DNA of 64,000 bases, from positions 2,816,001 through 2,880,000 of the forward strand of contig CAVQMM010000001.1 of assembly GCA_963713615.1 (NCBI GenBank), given 5' to 3'. The stretch's first letter is position 1. Every line of letters starts with the position of its first letter. The position numbers were made by a program, and so were the translations under genes. Below, in pieces: positions 58,134-64,000 of the stretch. This DNA comes from an uncultured Chlamydiae bacterium (GTDB lineage: Bacteria > Chlamydiota > Chlamydiia > Chlamydiales > JAJFMA01). A model generated the notes under the pieces. It was not told the origin of the DNA. It did no database searches and was given only the letters and a program-made list of their open reading frames with translations.

Positions 58134-58883
58134 ATGGCCGGTGTTAACGCCATGCTTAGCGCGCGCTTAAGCAATAAGAATAAAAGTACTAAGGTTGCAG
58201 ATCTTGCTCGAAAGACGGCCAAAGGGGAACTGTCGGGCTTTTCAAATCTCTTCGGAAATGCTGAATTAAGCATCCGTGAGACAGAGATGCTTAATACCAT
58301 CCTGAGCGACTATGTCACTGATGAAGCAGACGTGCAGAAGGATCTAGCTGCGTTGATGACCATTACCAGTGAGGTAAAGGCCATCAATAATCAGGCTGCC
58401 CTGCTTCATGGTGAACGTATTAAAAGAGCTCAAGAGATATTGATTAAATATCAAGAAGGTGCTTTTTCAGCCTGGCTTATAGCTACCTATGGAAACCGTC
58501 AAACACCCTACAACCTCTTGCAGTATTACGAGTTCTATCACGCTGTTCCCAAAAAACTGCAACCACAGCTTGAGACAATGCCCCGCCAGGCCGTTTATAC
58601 CCTTGCCAGTCGTGATGGCGATTTCGACCAAAAGATCAAAGTGGTAGAAGATTACGATGGCGAAACGAAGCATGAGCTGTTATCCCTCATTCGTCAGCAC
58701 TTTCCGCTTTCGTCTACAGATCGACGCCGACAAAACATCGCTGAGTCCACTATCGCAAGCCTAGAACGCATCTCCGCAACACTACGCAGCAATAGGATTG
58801 CTTTAAGTAAAGTACAGAAGGAAATGCTAATGTCCTTGCTACAGTCCATCGAGGGATTGGTCAAAGCAGCACCCAAGGGTTAG
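58134..58883 (+). CDS. Chromosomal homolog of chlamydial plasmid protein pGP6-D
   Basis: EVKAINNQAALLHGERIK, FSAWL..YGNRQTPYN.L.YYE, AVYTLASRDG; follows thrS-parA; ATG at 58134. Confidence 0.85.
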   Translation: MAGVNAMLSARLSNKNKSTKVADLARKTAKGELSGFSNLFGNAELSIRETEMLNTILSDYVTDEADVQKDLAALMTITSEVKAINNQAALLHGERIKRAQEILIKYQEGAFSAWLIATYGNRQTPYNLLQYYEFYHAVPKKLQPQLETMPRQAVYTLASRDGDFDQKIKVVEDYDGETKHELLSLIRQHFPLSSTDRRRQNIAESTIASLERISATLRSNRIALSKVQKEMLMSLLQSIEGLVKAAPKG

Positions 58884-59031
58884 GGTGTAAATTTTGATGA
58901 CATTTTGGCAAAGAAAAATCACACGGGATTCAACGATCGAAAGCGACCCAGTATTATAATACGGGGTCGCTTTCGATCGTTGAATCCCGTGGATTTTTCA
59001 AAGCCAAAATGTCATCAAAATTTACACCCTA
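58880..59031. mobile_element. Palindromic MITE-like element (152 bp) with 9-bp target duplication
   Basis: Whole element is a near-perfect palindrome (TTAGGGTGTAAATTTTGATGACATTTTGGC...GCCAAAATGTCATCAAAATTTACACCCTAA); ACCCAAGGG at 58871-58879 and 59032-59040. Confidence 0.85.
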
Positions 59032-59047
59032 ACCCAAGGGATAGCCA

Positions 59048-60448
59048 ATGACCGACTCTTACAACAGTCCGTGGAATAGTCGATATTCTAGTCCGGAGAT
59101 GTTACATATCTTCTCAGACCGCTATAAATATGGCTTGTGGCGTAGGCTTTGGGTGGCTTTAGCGGAGTCGCAGCAAGCCCTGGGTTTGCCGATTACTGCC
59201 TCTCAGATAGCTCAAATGCGCGCTCACCTCGATGATATTGATTTTATGGAAGTACAGCGTCAGGAAAAACGCTGTGGTCATGATGTCATGGCTCATGTTT
59301 ATGCCTTTGGTAAGCAATGTCCGGAAGCCCAGGGAATTATTCACCTAGGAGCTACATCTTGCTATGTCACGGATAATGGTGATGTGATCCAATATCGCGA
59401 AGCCATGCGCCTCGTTAAAGAGAAGCTTTTAAAGGCTATTTCTCAGCTAGCATCCTTCGCGCATGCTCATTGTACCACTCCCTGTTTAGGTCTTACCCAT
59501 TTACAGCCTGCCCAAGTGACTACAGTGGGAAAGCGGGCATGCTTGTGGCTTCAGGATTTTGTTACAGACCACAATAACCTTGATGTATGTGTGAAGGAGA
59601 TTCGCTTGCTCGGAGTTAAAGGTGCTGTAGGAACGCAAGCATCTTTTCTAGCTCTCTTTGAGGGGTCTCATGAGAAAGTACAGGCTCTAGAAGCTGATGT
59701 GGCCAACCGCATGGGATTTTCTCAGTTGTTTACCATTAGCGGACAGACCTATCCTCGCAAACAGGATGTCGCTATTGCTCAGGTTCTATCCGGAATTGCT
59801 GTCAGCGCTCACAAGTTTGCCACCGATTTGCGACTGCTAGCGTCGCGCGGCGAATTGATGGAACCCTTCGCAGAGGAACAAATAGGGTCATCAGCAATGC
59901 CCTATAAACGCAATCCTGTGCTATCAGAACGCGTTTGTGCTTTGGCTCGTTATGCTATAAACCTGTCGCATAATGCCGAGTTTACAGCCGCCTTGCAGTG
60001 GCTTGAGCGTTCCTTGGATGATTCGGCAAATAGGCGTTTAACAATGCCCGAATTATTCCTTTGTCTAGATGCTATTCTAAACCTCTTATTGCATATCACC
60101 GATGATCTAAAGGTCGGTGAATCTGCCATCAATCGAGAATTAGCGGAGAATCTTCCTTTTATCGCCACTGAGAACATTTTGATGGAATCTGTACGTCGTG
60201 GTGGCGATCGGCAGCAGCTTCATGAGAGGTTGAGACAGCACAGCTTTGCTGCCTCTGAAGCCGTGCAACAGGGCAAGGGTAATGATCTCTTAATGCGTAT
60301 CGTTAGTGATACGGCCTTTGGCATAAAGGAAGAGGATATTGCTCAATATGCCGATCCAACACATTTCGTGGGGCGTGCCCCTGAGCAGGTACGTGAATTT
60401 CTAGCTATAGAAGTGCGTCCGTTGTTGACTCAACCATCCCATATGTAA
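59048..60448 (+). CDS. purB: Adenylosuccinate lyase
   Basis: HDVMAH, IHLGATS, THLQPAQ, KGAVGT, GSSAMPYKRNP, ERSLDDS. Confidence 0.93.
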   Translation: MTDSYNSPWNSRYSSPEMLHIFSDRYKYGLWRRLWVALAESQQALGLPITASQIAQMRAHLDDIDFMEVQRQEKRCGHDVMAHVYAFGKQCPEAQGIIHLGATSCYVTDNGDVIQYREAMRLVKEKLLKAISQLASFAHAHCTTPCLGLTHLQPAQVTTVGKRACLWLQDFVTDHNNLDVCVKEIRLLGVKGAVGTQASFLALFEGSHEKVQALEADVANRMGFSQLFTISGQTYPRKQDVAIAQVLSGIAVSAHKFATDLRLLASRGELMEPFAEEQIGSSAMPYKRNPVLSERVCALARYAINLSHNAEFTAALQWLERSLDDSANRRLTMPELFLCLDAILNLLLHITDDLKVGESAINRELAENLPFIATENILMESVRRGGDRQQLHERLRQHSFAASEAVQQGKGNDLLMRIVSDTAFGIKEEDIAQYADPTHFVGRAPEQVREFLAIEVRPLLTQPSHM

Positions 60449-60471
60449 AGCTGCGTTACAAACACGAACCA

Positions 60472-60529
60472 CAATAACACGCGCGCAGCGCTCGGGAGAG
60501 CGGTGGCTCGCCATCGCTCTGTGTTCCTT
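60472..60529 (+). repeat. REP, left flank of RAYT
   Basis: 58-bp inverted repeat of 61063-61120 (2 mismatches); GGAG followed by the hairpin GCGGTGGC-TC-GCCA(T/C)CGC. Confidence 0.85.
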
Positions 60530-60599
60530 ACTAACGTTGTGCACAACGTCTCTCCAATATCTCCTATACCTCTACCTAGACGAGCCATCATCTCATTAG

Positions 60600-61009
60600 G
60601 CCGAACGCTTCATCATTTGCTAAAGAATTTGGCTGGGAACTTCGAGCATGGGCAGTTTTTAGTAACCATTATCATTTTATTGGAGGGTTTCGCCCACAGA
60701 TCCAAAAAGCCTAATGCCATTTATAAGAAAGCTTCATGCACGACAGCCAAAGCCATCAATGAACAAGATGGTCAAATGGGCCGACAAGTATGGTATCAGC
60801 ACTGGGACAGCAAGTTATCTCATCAAACATCTTATCTTGCCCGTTTGAAATATGTACATCGCAATGCTGTACATCATGGCCTTGTAGATAATCCTCAGGA
60901 TTATGCTTGGTGCTCTGCAAATTGGTTCGAAAGATCTGCTACACCTTCGTTTGTAAAGTCGGTAAACCGATTTAAGATAGATTCCTTAGGAATTTATGAT
61001 GAATATTAA
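60600..61009 (+). pseudogene. REP-associated tyrosine transposase (RAYT, Y1/HUH), frameshifted and 5'-truncated
   Basis: WELRAWAVFSNHYHF (HUH at 60667-60675) in one frame, LMPFIRKLH in a second, and QVWYQHWD...YVHRNAVHHGLV...YAWCSA in the 60503 ORF frame. Confidence 0.8.
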
Positions 61010-61062
61010 TGATGCGAGATTTTTGAACGAGTTCTTGTAATGCAGCGTAACATAACGTTCGC

Positions 61063-61120
61063 AAGGAACACAGAGCGGTGGCGAGCCACCGCACTCCCGA
61101 GCGCTGCGCGCGTGTTATTG
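61063..61120 (-). repeat. REP, right flank of RAYT
   Basis: Inverse of 60472-60529. Confidence 0.85.
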
Positions 61121-61182
61121 GGTAGTTTATGAGACTCTAGAATTCTCTAGAGAGGTGCGAGGGCTATTTGAGTGATCTGATG

Positions 61183-61217
61183 GCTAGTGTCTGTAAAGCT
61201 GCTTTACAGACACTAGC
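61183..61217. repeat. Perfect 35-bp palindrome
   Basis: GCTAGTGTCTGTAAAGC-T-GCTTTACAGACACTAGC, lying between convergent genes. Confidence 0.7.
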
Positions 61218-61271
61218 GCAACCTTCCTATTACCCATCGGCGTGTGCTCGGAAGGATCCCTATGCACTTGC

Positions 61272-64000
61272 TTAGCCTCTTTGATAGAAACGCTTCATTA
61301 CACCACTGGCTGCCTGGATCATCGTGAATGTTTGTTTACAAACCGTCTGGCATTGTCTCTGCCTTTGCCTTTGGGCCTGTTTCTTTCCAGTTTTCTGCCA
61401 TTCGTTTTCAGCTGCAATAGGCTCTTGCAAAAGACATTTTATGAAGAAGTCACTATTTTTAGAGCCCGCTCCACGCTTGGTCTGCGCATTCAGGAGGTTA
61501 CTAAATGTATTGGTATGCAACGTTTCACCTAAATAACGGATTGCATTGTTTAATTTAGAGCTAGCCCACATAAAATCCTGCTCCGATGCAGTGAAGGGTT
61601 TTGACGTTAGTTTGCACTTCTCCGCGTAGTCCCATAAGCTATGTGATAGTTCCTTCGGTGGTGTCTTATCCAAATCAATAAAGCCGTTTTTATTAGCAAC
61701 TCCTATAGCGACTTGTAGACTTGCATGAGTCAGATACCGGTGGAGACCAAGAAAGAAACCCGAGGGATTGTTTGAATAGTTAGCTCTTTCAATACGAGCC
61801 AGCGCAAGCTCAAGGTAGCGCGTTGCGTTTAACATGTAACTTTCCCATACAACGCTCGTGTTAAATGGTTTTTTTGAGAGTCCTCGGATACCTTTCAACA
61901 TCTCCTTGATTTGCTTAACGGCTGTCTGTACTTCCTTAATCGTGCCGAGATTCACTTTTGCAGCTTCCATAGGCCGATTTAACGCTAGTATGGGCAAGTC
62001 TTGATTACAAGAAGGTCCATCTGTCCAATCCGATACAATATTGGAAAGCTGTTTCAAATGGTCTCCAACAAATTCATACACAGCTGTGCGTAGTTCTAGC
62101 GTTGGTCGATTGCTGTTGGTGATGCGAACCTCTTCAACCTGCTGTAATAATAACTCAATCGGGTTTTGATTGTATTTGAGAACAGCATCGTACGTGTTTC
62201 TGTCATGAATCTCCGCCCATTCGATTGCTTCTGTTAGCTTCAATAGTCTTTGCTTTAGCTCCAATGGTAGATGCAGGCGTCTAACCATCTTTGATTGATT
62301 ATGACTGGCAAGCCTGTATACATTATGTGTATGTGTTGGGTTAGCTTGCTCTAGACGCATGGTTGTCACGACTTGCTCGCTGATCAAACTCAGGTGGATG
62401 AGTAAACTGGACAGGTGTTCTGCGATCTGTTTTTTTGATATCGCAGATGACTGATCATCAATCTCCCGCCTGAGGACTTGTATTAGTCGGTTGACGCGAT
62501 TGGCGGCCTCTTGTGCGAAAACATTTTCAATTCCCCTTGCCAGGTGTTGAAATACTCGCGATAGGGAATCCATGAATTCCTGTCCACTTTGAAGAGTTTC
62601 GGAGTCTTCCGATTTTGCTTCTATCTCTATGTCTACACTATCGATGACTTCTTCAATGGTGATTGAACTGATTGGCGGTTGTTGTTTCAAGGAGTGAATA
62701 GTGACGGTCATTAGATCATTACTATTAGCTTGGGATTTCAGCTCTCTTAAGATTGGTCCCGTTGCTAAATTAAAAATCTGAAGTTCAGTGTCTTGTTGTT
62801 TGATTAGATTTTTAATTTCATTAGTTGTTTTGACAATGCGTTTAAAAAATTCAAATTCGATTGCTTTGCCAGGGTCTGAAATGTAGCTTCTCGCGTTGTC
62901 ATTTCTAATGTCTTCGATTGTTTTACTTTCGCAAAAACTACTGAATGCAATATCTAGTTCCGTTGTTTCATCTTTTATTGTATTTGCATAGCAGGAAAGA
63001 TAAGTTATTTTATTAGTCGCTTGTTCTATACTTAACTGGATGTCAGAAAGAAATTGTGATGTTGCTGTAATGCAAATAGCAAGATCACAAATCATTGGGT
63101 TCAGTTTTTCTATAGACCTTTCCTTTGCCTTTTGATTTCGTTCGTATTGGACGTTTTCAATTATATAATTTGATGGGATTTCGTTGTGTAGAGGACGCAA
63201 TTCGTCTTCAACAAAATCAAAGTAATTTTCAATTAAACCTCTACAATCATTTTCTAGATTGTCTAAAATGACATTGAGGCTGACTTGTGAATGTTTTGGC
63301 GCGCTATTTATTAAGTGCCTTGCCGCAAATACGAGTTCTGTAAAATTAGTCGCATAAGATTCTTTAAATTCCGCATATTCTGTATAGAACAATTTAATGG
63401 CATTTAGTAGATAAATGGCCTGAGTTTCAGTAGCTTTTAACAGCTCGATTTTAGTGCGCAAATCTCCCTGATTACTAAAATGATGATAGTTAAGATTGTA
63501 TAGAGGTAGGTGCCACCCATCGTTAAAAGCATCGGGCGCTCGCTTTTTGCGCTCATCTGCTGATAGAAGTCCAAGCTCCTCCGCAACAGTATTAAACAAA
63601 AGCCTAGTCGATTCACCACTTCTGCCAAACATAGGCTCAATTTCCAATAGGATTTTCTTATATTGGACTAAAGAGGCGTTGGGATTTTTTAAGTCATTAA
63701 AGAAGAGTAGTAGTTTGTTTCTTGTGTCTATGCGTTCGCTTTTTTTTAGGGCGATCACTGAGATGGCGCATGTAAATAGAAGCTCCTTAAGGTTATAGCC
63801 ATGAAGTGCGGGGTTAATGCGATCGGAGAAGGCCCCTACTATCTTACGACCAACGGCTCTAGCTGCAGCAAGTTTGCGCGTGGAACCGTCGTCTACTTCC
63901 ACTAACGTGATCGAACCAGTATCATTGACGGTAGTGGGGTCAAAAGTCTGCGAGACGGTATTGGGGTCAAAAGTTTGCAAGATTGTACTTAAGAGATTTT
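61272..64000 (-). CDS. Large helical hypothetical protein (effector candidate), probably 5'-truncated by the window edge
   Basis: At least 902 aa; frame stays open upstream of the TTG at 63980 to the window end; N-terminal QTFDPxTV tandem repeat. Confidence 0.7.
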   Translation of the reverse strand, partial: NLLSTILQTFDPNTVSQTFDPTTVNDTGSITLVEVDDGSTRKLAAARAVGRKIVGAFSDRINPALHGYNLKELLFTCAISVIALKKSERIDTRNKLLLFFNDLKNPNASLVQYKKILLEIEPMFGRSGESTRLLFNTVAEELGLLSADERKKRAPDAFNDGWHLPLYNLNYHHFSNQGDLRTKIELLKATETQAIYLLNAIKLFYTEYAEFKESYATNFTELVFAARHLINSAPKHSQVSLNVILDNLENDCRGLIENYFDFVEDELRPLHNEIPSNYIIENVQYERNQKAKERSIEKLNPMICDLAICITATSQFLSDIQLSIEQATNKITYLSCYANTIKDETTELDIAFSSFCESKTIEDIRNDNARSYISDPGKAIEFEFFKRIVKTTNEIKNLIKQQDTELQIFNLATGPILRELKSQANSNDLMTVTIHSLKQQPPISSITIEEVIDSVDIEIEAKSEDSETLQSGQEFMDSLSRVFQHLARGIENVFAQEAANRVNRLIQVLRREIDDQSSAISKKQIAEHLSSLLIHLSLISEQVVTTMRLEQANPTHTHNVYRLASHNQSKMVRRLHLPLELKQRLLKLTEAIEWAEIHDRNTYDAVLKYNQNPIELLLQQVEEVRITNSNRPTLELRTAVYEFVGDHLKQLSNIVSDWTDGPSCNQDLPILALNRPMEAAKVNLGTIKEVQTAVKQIKEMLKGIRGLSKKPFNTSVVWESYMLNATRYLELALARIERANYSNNPSGFFLGLHRYLTHASLQVAIGVANKNGFIDLDKTPPKELSHSLWDYAEKCKLTSKPFTASEQDFMWASSKLNNAIRYLGETLHTNTFSNLLNAQTKRGAGSKNSDFFIKCLLQEPIAAENEWQKTGKKQAQRQRQRQCQTVCKQTFTMIQAASGVMKRFYQRG

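Noticed and set aside
57365..58883. Integrated plasmid suggested by pGP5/pGP6-like genes
   Set aside because: Chromosomal parA and pGP6-D homologs next to thrS are a known conserved chlamydial arrangement; no other plasmid genes are adjacent.

Overview
Bacterial chromosomal segment, almost certainly from an environmental member of the phylum Chlamydiota. The evidence is gene order matching known chlamydial blocks: dus-yggT-three conserved genes-ygfA-recA; ispA next to a GlmU-like hexapeptide protein; and thrS-parA-pGP6-D-like. A Cys-rich chlamydial-type outer-membrane barrel supports this. Four things stand out. (1) A co-oriented minus-strand respiratory cluster of about 11.6 kb (1835-13452). 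It encodes a GltD/DsrL-like flavo-Fe-S oxidoreductase, a Tat-exported Rieske protein, a b6-type cytochrome b, a 1350-aa seven-CxxCH cytochrome c, CcoN, an enlarged CcoO, a CcoS-like peptide and a heme-less CcoP N-terminal stub. (2) An island of about 15 kb downstream of tRNA-Pro(GGG) (about 31.7-46.8 kb). It holds a candidate two-gene restriction-modification system, an ~800-aa Zn-ribbon/PD-(D/E)xK protein, an AlbA_2/Schlafen-HATPase protein, ISAs1, and an IS21 with 205-bp terminal inverted repeats. (3) A decayed REP-associated tyrosine transposase (RAYT) flanked by inverted REPs, with related REP doublets elsewhere in the window. One doublet is interrupted by an IS66 with fused TnpA-TnpB; another is nested inside a MITE that is itself inserted in a REP. 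(4) Several other non-coding palindromic elements, some with clean target-site duplications. All calls come from motif reading only; no database searches were run.
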